Below are positions 41,240-53,480 of a stretch of 64,000 nucleotides of DNA, piece by piece. This DNA is from the human T2T-CHM13v2.0 reference genome, Homo sapiens. The notes beneath the pieces are model-generated. The model saw only the letters and a list, made by a program, of their open reading frames with translations, ran no database searches and was not told the origin of the DNA. The stretch's first letter is position 1, and each line of letters opens with the position of its first letter. The stretch lies in assembly GCF_009914755.1 (NCBI RefSeq), contig NC_060925.1; one strand, given 5' to 3'. A program made the position numbers and the translations under genes.

Positions 41240-42411
41240 CCGCACCCTAGCACCAACAGGAATATTTTGAAACAAATCTCAGACATTTTATTTAATCCAT
41301 AAATATGTCAGTGCATGCTTCCCAGAAGATAAAGACTTAAAAAATAACTGCAATACCATTATCATACCTAAAAACATTAATAAGAATTCTTTAATATCAT
41401 CAGCTATTTAGTCAGTGTTTCAGTTTTACCTAATTGTCTCATAATTTTATTTTAACAAATGGTTTATTCAAATTGAGAAATGTTTCTTAGGTCTCTTTTA
41501 ATCTGTCAGTTCCCTTTCCTTTTCCTTTACTTCCTTCTTTGTAATGTTGAGAGAACTAGATTGTTTGTCCTACGGAATTTGGCAAATGTGTTCCTGTGGT
41601 CATTCACATGTGGTTTTTTTTTTCCTGTATTTTCCATAAACTGGTAGTTAGGTCTTGAGACTTGGTCATATTTATGGCCGAGAATTTGATTTTATGGCCA
41701 AGAATGCTTCATCAATAGTATGACTTTCTATTGTACCACACGGGGAAGCCAATGTCTGTTGTCTCCCTCCTGTGATGTTAAGGTTGGTTGCTGAGTTGAG
41801 GTGTTGAGCACTCCATCCTTCTTGTATCAAATTCCCCATCAGCTTTTTACCTACATTGGTGATTATGGCTTAGATTCATTACTTCATGAGGGGGGGTTAC
41901 GACATAGTCATAATCTAATTCTGTCATTCAGTTTTCATTTTTAGCCAGAATTCTTATATAAAAAAATAAACTTTCCTCTATTTGATTATCTTGAGGTACA
42001 ATTTATGAAAGAAAGACAGGAGAAATGTCTAATTCTTTCTCCTAATGCATCCATTTGCAGAATAGTAACTGGTTTTCTAGCATCCTACAAGGATGAAAAA
42101 GTGTTTGTGTATGAATGTATGTGCATTAGTAGGAAGTCACGGTTTCGTATATTCGTGATATTTCAGTTCTTTGCAGAAGTTATTCTTTTTCAAATTGCCC
42201 CATCTTTAGCCAATGAGAGCCCCTTCAGATTGGCTACAGACTCTTTTGACATTAACCTAGAAACTTCATTGTTTTCTGATGTAACAAAATGTTTTAGACT
42301 CATCTTGTATATTTACTGTCCCAAATATCAAATCAGTGTTTACTCCAAAAAAGCCCGTGTTTCTTTTAGTAGGAAACGGTATTTAGAGACCATACTCTAA
42401 ATCCTGTAGAT

Positions 42412-42933
42412 CAGGGGTCTCCAACCCCCGGGCCATGGACCAGTACCAGTCCGCGGCCTGTTGAGAACCGGGCTGCACAGCAGGAGGTGAACAGCAGGTG
42501 AGTAAGCGAAGCTTTTTCTGTATTTGCAGCCAATCCCCATTGCTCATATTACTGCCTGAGCTCCGCCTCCTGTCAGATCAGTGGTGGCATTATATTCTCC
42601 TAGGAGCCTGAACCCTATTGTAACTGCACATGCCGGTGATCCAGGTTGTTTGCTCCTTATGAGAATCTAATGCCTGACGATCTGTCACTGTCTCCCATCA
42701 CCCCCAGATGGGACCATCTAGTTGCAGGAAAACAAGTTCAGGGCTCCCACTGATTCTACATTATGGTGAGTTGTATAATTGTTTTATTAAATATTATAAT
42801 ATAATAGAAATAAAATGCACAATAAATGTAATGCGTTTGAATCACCCCGAAACCATCCCTAACCCCCTTGATCTGTGGAAAAATAATCTTTTATGAAACC
42901 AGTCCCCAGTGCCAAAAAGGTTGGGGACCACTG
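42412..42933 (+). mobile_element. MER1A hAT-Charlie non-autonomous DNA transposon
   Basis: TIRs CAGGGGTCTCCAACC / GGTTGGGGACCACTG, 522 bp long, perfect 8-bp TSD CTGTAGAT (42404-42411, 42934-42941). Confidence 0.92.
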
Positions 42934-44498
42934 CTGTAGATGCTCAGAGCTACTTGGCCTTATCATTAGTCGAATCTAGAAAATTGTGTACCAAAAGAAC
43001 TGATATCACCGGTTTATACTGTTATTTTCAACTCAAAGTTAATATTACATGGTTTTACTTAATTTATGTTATATTATATTTGTATTTATTTTCTCTTATG
43101 CTGAAAATTTTGGTTCCAAATATCCTCAGTATAATGACATATATATATATATAAAAGCATATGTATGTACATATTTCTCTCTATATATGAAATAATATAT
43201 CCTCTCTATATGTAATAGTATACTGATATATATATAAAATATACTAATGCAAATACACATGTAATAGTATATTAGGAGTATAATATATAGATACATATAG
43301 TTTTATAAGAATAATAGTGATGTTATTAATACTATAAAAACAACTTAAGATTTAACTACAGTTTCTTTTGTTCTTAAGATAAATTCTACTAGAGATGTAC
43401 AGTTAAATCGCAGAGTTTTAAAACCACTGTAATTAATTCCCCTTAGTGTAATTAAACCACCAACTCGATGCATAGTTAGCTCAATGCACCAATAAGCTTA
43501 TGGGCTTATTAGTTTTATTTTGCTTTCTACTTAGTGATTGCTATTTTTAAGCATATGTAACACTAACCTTATGGTTCAAAGTCAAGTGTATAAAACAAGA
43601 TGCATTCAGAGAAGTATGACTCTTATTCTGTCTCCAACCTGACTTTTATTCTCTCTTCTACCTTCCATCTATAGAGAACCATTTTAATTCAATTTTTATC
43701 CTTCTACTGCTTTTTAATAATTTAGCCATAGATATTCATAATCCCCGGTTAGGCAAAAGGTGTGGGACTAAACACACTGTTCTGCATCTGGCGCCACAAC
43801 TTTTGAAAGTAAAACTCCCTAGGCTTGGGAAATAGACCATTATTTACTTTCTTACTGTAGACCTATCAGTCGTTCTATCAGAAAAGGGTCAGTCCTGCAA
43901 AAATGGGAAACCAGAATCCTCTTTAGATTTTAGATTTTTCAGGGGTGTGTTTGTGACTCACACTGTGATGATATTAATGTTTTACTCATTATAATTCCAG
44001 TATACCACCCCAAAATCCCCCAAAACAAACAACAGTCATAATTAATTGTATGCACTGATTTTGGACATACTGCTTTATTTTCAGCCAGATGGTTTGCCAA
44101 AAAAATATTTTTCTATGTTACTATGTGATAATTATAAACATGGTTTTAATAGTAATTGATGTTCCAGTAAGTGCACATACTATAACTTGCTTACCATATT
44201 TCATTGAAGGGCATTTGGTTGGTTTCTAACTTTTTGTTATATGATAGTTTAAAACACTAATTTCTCTTTGCTCAAGAGCCCTGAAGCTTTGAACTGATGG
44301 GGACTGACACCATTTAGCTAAAAGATATCTTGTTCTTACTTTCCTGGGGTCCTTTTTTTGAGGGGTGGAAGTGTGAGGAAACATGGAGATCTTCTCAACC
44401 CAAAGAAAGCCTTTTACTCAACAATTTCAAGAGAAGAAAAATATGCAAAGTACAAAAGATGAAGATAGAAGGGAAAATCGCCTTTTATATTAGGTTAA

Positions 44499-44783
<285 letters not shown>

Positions 44784-45854
44784 TGAGGCTGTTTAAAAGA
44801 ACAAAAATCTTTATAAAAAGTTTCATTGCTGTTTCTTTTCTAAAATAAGTTGTCTATACCAGTGGCATGCAAAATGTATCATATCAGATTTAATATGTGA
44901 ATAATGAGGGAAACTGTGACTTTGGACAGAAGACTGTCGTAGACTGCTCTAGTAGAACAGAATCTTAGCTAATCACCATGCAGATCCCCTGGGTTTTAGA
45001 GTTCATACTGATCCTCAACTGGGGGCTAACAATGGTTTCTCATTTATCATTTTCCCCTGCTTGTTCAGCATTCTACTTGAAGCCACAGAGAATGATGGAG
45101 CTTACATATTTCCTTTGATAAGATGAAGAAATGAAAACATACATTAATGAAAAATAATTCCAGAGGTTTTTTGGACTATAGGAGTTAAGAGGAGCTGACC
45201 AGTGAGCCTGTGGTTGTCCATGAAGGTTCTGTGGGGTAGAGTTTGAACTGTCCCTATCCAGAATAGTAGGAGGGACAGAGATGCTTATGAGTGAAGGCCG
45301 CAGAACAAGGATGGCATGACTTGTTCATGGGGCTGGGGAGAACCAGTCTGACCAGACAGAAAGGGTTATTGTGGTTTGACGGTCGGTGAAGGTTGTTAGG
45401 TGGCCTTTGGCCACATAAGAGAGTGTTAGAAGGTAGACAGATTATTTTAAGTGTGATGAAACAAGTAGCAGTTGGTATGTAGAGAAGTGGGGAGAGGTTT
45501 GATGAAAAGCAGTGTGTTAGAAAGACGGTTGGCAACACTATTAAGAGTAGATTAAAAAGGAAAAGGAATGTGAAATTAGAGAGACCAGAAAGGAACCTAT
45601 TATGATAATAAAGTCATGATTCCATGGAAAGCTGACCAGAATGATGATACTATTAGAGAAGAGAGAGGAGAAGTAAGGCCAATTTTTTCTTTAATTAATG
45701 AGTCTTAGTGACTGAATGTGGGAAATAACAGAGTAGTGATTCCAGGATTTTAAGCGTCGGTGATTGTGAGAATGGGCAATGCAAAGTATTGATTAAATCA
45801 GCAGCATTAGGGTTGGGAACTAGATTAGAATGGGAGGGGGATGATATAGTGAAT

Positions 45855-45960
45855 TCCTCCCTCCCTCCCTCTCTGCCTTCCTCCTTACCTTTCTCCTTCC
45901 CTCTTTCTTTTCTTCCTTCCCTTCCTCTCTTCCTTCCTTCTCCCCTTTATTTCTTCTTAT
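45855..45960. repeat. CT-rich polypyrimidine low-complexity tract
   Basis: Almost purely C/T over ~100 nt. Confidence 0.9.
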
Positions 45961-46389
45961 CTTTACATCATTATTTACTTTTACATTTAGCAACTATTCT
46001 ATTCCCTGGAGCTCTGGTACCAATAAACAAAAGAAACACCATCTTCGCTCTCTTGAAGCTTACATTTCATTAAGCAGAGTGGCAGATAAAAGAACAAGAT
46101 AACTCAGATAGTCATGGTGCTACAAAGAAAATAAAATAGGCTTATGTGCTAGCTGGTGATTGAGGCTGCAGGGACTGGACAGTACTACTTTAGACTGGAG
46201 CTTCTGGAAAGCGACTTAGGGGAAACACTCAGGTGTCAGCCATGTGAAGATCTGGTGACATTTCAGGTCATTGCAGGCAGAAAAAAACAAATACGCAAAG
46301 ATAAGAACAGCCTTGGAGCGTGTGAAGAACAAAATGAAAGCTGAGGGCATGGGAGGGTACATCGTAAGAGCAAGGAGGTGAGGCCAAAG

Positions 46390-47358
46390 TGTGTTTCAGT
46401 CAAGGACAGATCAGGACACAGAAACCACCTAGTAATTTAAACAGGGATGGTCTAATACAAATAATTATTAATTTTAACAGAGAACTGGAGTCATGAGGGA
46501 TTCACCAGTAGGAAGTAAAGACAAGTCTAAAAAATGTAAGAGCAGCAGATATATGAAGCAGCTACCACCCATAGGACTGAGATACAGGGTTTCCTGCCCC
46601 CAAGATAAGACCAGACCTGGTTAGAGACAGCATGACCATGGCAAACTGGATAGCCAAGAAGTCAGTGTCATGCTGCAGCAGTGTAACCTGCTGGAAGTGC
46701 CTTCTGGAAGAACTTTCTGAAAGTTCTTCATCACCCTCCATGATGCCAAGGAAAGCTGTTCATAGGGAGTTGTTTCACCAGTGGCAATCTGCTACGAAAA
46801 GGGCTTCTGGGAAATGCTGGCATCCAGATGCTGGGGAAGCTGCCCAGACAGTAGAAGCTGAATTCTGGGGAAGCTGTATGCTTGCAGGAGTCAGGGGGTG
46901 CAGAAGCTGAGTGCTGGAGAAGCCACTGTATCACAGGAGCTGGGTGCAGAGGAAACAACGCGTGCTTCAGAGGCTGGGTGCTAGAGGCCTGTGCATGTTG
47001 TAGGAGCAGGGTCTAGAGAAGCCATCTGCGTTTCAGGAGCTGGCTGAGAACACACTGATATGGGCCCGGGGGTGGGGTGGGGGTGGGGGTGGGGGGTAGG
47101 TAGAGGAGTGGCAGGGAGGGAGGTAGTGGGTGGGGCAGTAGGGGAGAGGGGGTTGGGGGGTTGGGGGGAAGGGTTGGGGGTTGGGGGGAGGGGGTGGAGG
47201 TGGGGTGGGACCCTTTCCTCCTGCAAGGCCTTTCTAGCTCCCTCTACTGACAAAACTTAATACTGTGTCAGCTAGCAAAGAAAATACCTAAAGGGATCAG
47301 CTAAATTTTTGCTGAGCAGTCAATGTACATTTGGAGCTGAGAGGCAATAAACTGGCAT
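46390..47358. mobile_element. Probable ancient LTR relic (family unresolved)
   Basis: TGT start, CAGGACACAGAAACCACCTAGTAATTTAA, and end GGAGCTGAGAGGCAATAA resemble old eutherian LTRs; it interrupts L2-like sequence. Confidence 0.4.
47062..47209 (+). repeat. G-rich low-complexity tract (G-quadruplex motifs)
   Basis: More than a dozen runs of 3 or more G with short loops, e.g. GGGGGTGGGGTGGGGGTGGGGGTGGGGGG. Confidence 0.92.
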
Positions 47359-47439
47359 AGAGAAGTAGCAATGGCTCTGATCTCTGAGGGCCTCGCAGTC
47401 GTGTTGATGATTGTATTCATTTAGATGCTGGTTGTGGTT

Positions 47440-47620
47440 AGTGCTTGACATTTTAACTAATTTTTTCTTCCAATTCCAATGAAATAGATAATTTTATTAT
47501 TCCCACTTTACAGACAAGAAAACTGAGGCTGAGGGAGGTTAAATCGCTTGTCCACAATCACATGCTAGTGCGGCATGGGGCCAGGATTCAAACATGAGCA
47601 GTCAGTCTAACTCCAAATCT
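47440..47620 (-). mobile_element. MIR
   Basis: TTCCCACTTTACAGACAAGAAAACTGAGGCT...GGTTAAATCGCTTGTCC...CCAGGATTCAAAC. Confidence 0.85.
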
Positions 47621-48542
47621 GCCCCCAGACTCCATAAAGTCATTACTGATCTTTGAACAGACAGATAAATGTATCAGGAAAGATAAATACTTAAAATAAC
47701 TTTGCAGTCAGTCCTTCTGTAATTAAATCAGCCACCTCTATTTTACAGATTTTATGAATTTAGAAATTTTAGTTACTTTTAAAGTAAAGTACAAGTTTAC
47801 CAGGAAGTACAAATTAAAATAAAACGTGGAGAATACAACACCTTTCAAAGGAAAGTAGAGAAATTGGATGATTGAGGTAATTAGAAAATAATATTTTGAG
47901 TATAGTTTGATGGATTTCAGGCTTCTTCAGCTTGACAAAAACAGAAAAGAGGGGGAAAGTTCAAAAATATTATTATGGATTTGAAGAGATGTCACTCAGA
48001 AGATCTTGATAAAATGTTCCTCATCCCTAGTGGATGGGGGGCGTGGGTGGCAGGGTACAAAACGAAACATGGAACCAGTGATGGGCTTTTAGGAAATTCT
48101 ATATGGAGCTTTTACCATGCACCAGACCTCAGGCTGGGGACCAGGGGTACAAGGATGAGTAAGGCATCTGGCCTTCCCTTAAGGAGCTTGTTGTCTCATG
48201 GCTGGGACATGATAAGGACATTACTACAGACATACATGAAGAGCTAAAGGAATAATATATGGAGGAAGAACTAGTTCTGCCCAAGGGGGAAGTCAAGGGA
48301 AGGTACCAAGAAAGTATAGCATTTGAGTTGGATGAAGAACTGGCCAAGACAGCTGAGGAAAGGGAGATGTAGATTAGGGGCCGACACAAGTAAGGGGTTG
48401 GCAAGGACATGAACTGAACGGGGTTTGAGGAAAAAGCTTAGCACGGGGTCAAGAACGTAGATTTTGGGGTTAGAGTACCTAATTCTGGCCTCCTCAATAT
48501 TTTCTAGTTTCATGATCTTGGTCAAATTATTTAATCTCTCTA

Positions 48543-48985
<443 letters not shown>

Positions 48986-51447
48986 TCAGTTAACGTTTTC
49001 CTGCCATTCGTAGCAGCAGGATGAGGAGTATTGAAAAGGCTAAAGATTAGAGTTCTGGGAAGAATAATAAGGATTAGATGTCAGAAAGTGTGTCATGACA
49101 TATTTGTGTGTATGCGTGTGGGTACACAGAATTTTGAAATAGTTTTCAATTGAAGCCTTTGTTTGTAACCAGTAGCACAGGGAGATGTTCAGTTTTGCAC
49201 ATAATAATGAATATCTGTTATGTCTGTTAGCCATTTGTAACTACTATTGTTGTTTCTGTCATCTCCAGTAAAGTGTTTCTGTATTTTCACAAAAATGAGC
49301 AAGACCTACCACAAAAAATTATCAGGTAAGGGTGACTTTATGGGTCCCCTGCTGTGTATTTGACACCAAAATGACTCATCACATGAGTTCCTAAGTGCTA
49401 TGTTTGGTTTCAGTGTAGAATAGGAGATTGTGTTTCCCAGGTAGAAAAGGAGACTTTGAAATCTTTCTCATAAAATGCGTGAAAATCTGGTGCCATCAGA
49501 TCATGAGTCTTGTCATCAGGATGGGACTCACTCTTGGATCCATCAACCAGCTAGCTAGGTAACTCTGAGCAAATACCAGATGCTCTTCAGCCTGTGTCCT
49601 GATCTGTAAAGTTGAGATCATAATAGTAATACTTCACAGTGAAATTGTACACTAGAATGAAAGAATGCATAAAAAGTGCCTCGTACCCTGCCACGCACAG
49701 AGAGGGTGATACACATCGGTCCCCTCATCCAGCATCTTCTAATTCACCCCTCCCTGTCCCCAGCTTCTCCTGTCTGGGGATCTCAAGTTGGGAATGGTCA
49801 TCTTTGGATGAAGCTGCCATGTTTATGTGGACTTAGAGGCAGATATTCTATTGGGAATTCAATGGATGCATAAGGCAGTGTAGGGGAACTGATTTTTAGG
49901 GAGCAATATGAAGTCAGAGAAATTGCACTCTTATCTCTACTTACGTTCCTCATGGTCCCTTTTATTCTTTTATGACAAATGTTACTTCAAGCTACAGTAG
50001 TGTTTTCACCAGGGGCTGAAGGAATTGATGGAGTTGTTTTCTTTAGAATGAGCCGTAACATCCCTTTGTTCACAGAGATTGTAAATCCTGCATCTTTCAG
50101 ATTAGATCATGTATGTTCAATATCAGTAGGAAACAAACAGAGAAGTAAATATTTGCTACAAAATGTCTTTCTGCTGCCTTGAAAATGAGTTTCCTAAATC
50201 TGACATGTCAGTTACCCTGCTTCATCTGTTTCACATTTAGAGTCAAAGGAAAACAATCCCCCACAGCAAGGAGCCTGTCACTTCACTTGGTGTATCCAGT
50301 GAAGATAATGTGACCACAGTGCAGTGGGATTGAATACTGATAAGGATGTGGCGGGCCATGCTTAAAGTTTGGTGTCTCATTCAAATGACTGGCTGAGAGA
50401 TGAAAAGAAAACAAAAATTAATCCCCCTCCTGGAACCTTATACTGATTCACTTAGTGGTTGGTTGCTGCTCTAAGGTCTGTCTCCTTTTCCCCCCATTAA
50501 TAATCATAATCAAATAGCCATTATTGGTTTTTGGCAACAGGGTAATTACTTTCTCGTCCTTATTTTCTGGGACAGTCGGTCTGTTCATGAGAAAGGGCGG
50601 TTGTGCAATCGTTCTCCCTACGTCAACTCTGAGAAGTCGGTTGTGCCCTGCAGATATTGATGTCAGCCTGTTTGCTCTCTGGTGGAGTGAAAGAAGAAAA
50701 TAATTTTATTGTGCTATTTTTAGACTTCAATTTAGATTGCAGCCTTTATGATACTTTGTGTACTGGGGATAGAACTGTTGATGCAGAATTCAGCTGTGAG
50801 ATGCTCTAGGTTCTACCTGCCCCTGAAAGATTTTTTTCGCTTAGCCTGAATGCCTTAGAACTATTCAGTCACATTGCCTTCATCGTCAGCTGAAAGCTGA
50901 GCCATGACAATAGGGTTAAGATGCACTTTGTATTGACAGTGTTTGCCGATGGAACTTGCTGCCAGCAGTCTCCAAGTCTGCAATTTGCCTGTAAAGGCCT
51001 AATCTGATCTTTTATATGCATAAATAATCAGCACCATACAAATTCTCTATGAACAAAATGAGTTTATTGACCATTCTTGCTTTTCTAAATAGTTTTCCAG
51101 AGGTGATAGATGAAAGCCAGACAAGAAAAAAATATTTCTTTGCTGGATTTCCTTCTGAACAAACAAGAAGGACCCAGGTACCTGGGACTCCAGGTATCTT
51201 TTTCTCAGCTGGGATGGAAGGCCATGGACTAAAGCAGTCTTCCTAGTTCTTTGGTATTAGCAATGAGCTGGTCTTAAACTTCAAAGGGATCTAAGAAAGT
51301 GCCAGTAATACCTGTCTGAGCTTGTTTTGTGACGTGTATGTTACCACATGTATTAAAATTCAGATCAATTTGCATCTAAATTATATGAGTGCATGTGACT
51401 TGGCAATCCAGAAGCTGTCAATTTTAGTTTATAAGAACCTCAACTTG

Positions 51448-51734
<287 letters not shown>

Positions 51735-51751
51735 AAGAACCGCAACTTGGT

Positions 51752-51900
51752 CCTTGCTACTCCAAGTGTGGACTGCAGACCGACAACATTGACATCACAT
51801 GGGTGTATTTAAAAATGCAGAATCTCAGGCACTTCCCCAACCTACAAATCAGCACCTGCCTTTTAATAATATTCCCCAAGTGATTCATAGGCACGTTAAT
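51752..51900 (+). mobile_element. MER5A/B hAT-Charlie MITE
   Basis: GCTACTCCAAGTGTGG...AAATGCAGAATCTCAGGC...TCCCCAAGTGATTC. Confidence 0.8.
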
Positions 51901-51932
51901 TATTTTTTAAGTCACAAATCTTTTTAAAAATC

Positions 51933-52294
51933 TACTATGATCTGAATGTTTATGTCTCCCTCAAATTCATATATTTGGACCTAATCCCCAGTGCAATGAT
52001 GTTAAGAAGTGGCACCTTTGGTGGTGATTAGGTCACGAGGGTGGAGCCCTCACGAGTGCTGATTAGCGCCTGTATAAAAGAGGGCCCAGGGGGCTCCCAT
52101 ATTCCTTTCACCGTGTTAGGATACAGCAAGAAGGCACCACCTGCAAGAAATTGGGAACTTACCAGACATCAAATTTGCTGTCCCCTTGATCTTGGACTCC
52201 CCACCCTTCAGAACTGTGAGAAATAAATTTCTTTTGTTTATAAGCCACCCAGTTTATGGCATTTTTATTATAGCAACTGGAACAGACTAAGACA
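51933..52294 (+). mobile_element. MLT1A0-like MaLR solo LTR
   Basis: CTGAATGTTTATGTCTCCC...AGAACTGTGAGAAATAAATTTC...ACAGACTAAGACA; near-TSD AAATC/GAATC. Confidence 0.88.
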
Positions 52295-53269
52295 GAATCC
52301 CATAAAATCTGTGGAACCTCTTCCCATAAAAATGTACCTACACACACAATTTGTATATAATTTCAATGGTGCAAGTTCCGTGGACTTCAATGACACTTCC
52401 ATTCATTGGAAGCAGAGAGCATGCCTGAGGGAGCCCCCAAGTGCCATGTGCCCCGAACAATGCTGACCCATACTGCTCCTTGATTGTCACATTGACCAGG
52501 TCTTCACCTTCATGCCCAGACCTTGTCTATGTAAGCAGCACCAGCCTCTGGGGTGTCCCATGTCAGCCTCAGCAGTCCCTTTCATCCATGTGGCTCTCAT
52601 TAACCAGTCCTTGCTATCATTTTCCTTGCCTGGCTACTCTGGTCTTTTGCTTTCTCCTTCCCCAGTTTAGGGACTGGTGGGTACAAACATTTTAGAATGA
52701 CCATGAAGTAATATCAGTTAGCTGAAACATATCTATCAAGATTCTTTCCTACCCAGGTCAGGCTCATAAACAGATGAGATGGAGAAAATAGGTCTTCCTG
52801 CTGTTTCAGCTGACGGTCCACCCATGCTGCAGGTCCTGCTGGAAGTTCACTTCTGTGTTCTGGTCTGTGCTTTGATTTCTTCTAATCTTTGGTGATGGCA
52901 TAAAGATAACGCAATGCAGGCTAAAGAAAACCCTTTAAGAAATCTGTTCACTTACTGGCGGATTTGCTTATCATAGGCATGCCCTGACCTTGAAGAGTCC
53001 TTGCTCTGGTAGGGAAGCGCATGTACATGGATGATTAAAATAAATGCTTCATGTCAAAATACAGGTACAGAATGCTATTTTGCTACGAAGGAAAGAATAA
53101 CTAGCTTTTCCAAGAGGAGTGAGGGAGAGCATCAAAGAGAGCTGGCTTTTAAGGGATAAAGCAGACATTGCCTGAGATAAGAGCTATAGAATTGCTTATT
53201 GTGAGAAACTACAGAGTTGGGAAGATCGAGATGAGACAGGCATATGAGCAGAAGTGAGAGACCTGGCAG

Positions 53270-53480
53270 GAATAAGAGCTAGCACTTAGACCCTGCTTGC
53301 TGTAGGGCGTGCACAGGTCTAAGTGCTTTATATCAAGTACCTGTGCAGTTCTCTCCACAGTCCAACAATCCTTCCATTATGGATGAGGAAACACATGCGC
53401 ACCGAGTTCAGTATCTTACCTAACGCTGTGCGACTGCAAGCGGTGGAGCTGGGCTTTGAACCTATGCAGTCTGGCTTCTA
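53270..53480 (-). mobile_element. MIR
   Basis: CTAAGTGCTTTA...CCATTATGGATGAGGAAAC...GGAGCTGGGCTTTGAACC. Confidence 0.7.

Larger units (their letters stand above)
40605..44245 (-). mobile_element. Ancient L1M(C/E) fragments, interrupted by MLT1D and MER1A
   Basis: AT-rich degenerate L1 3' motifs (GGAAATTTCCAAACATATACAAAA; GGGCATTTGGTTGGTTTC). Boundaries very approximate. Confidence 0.5.
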
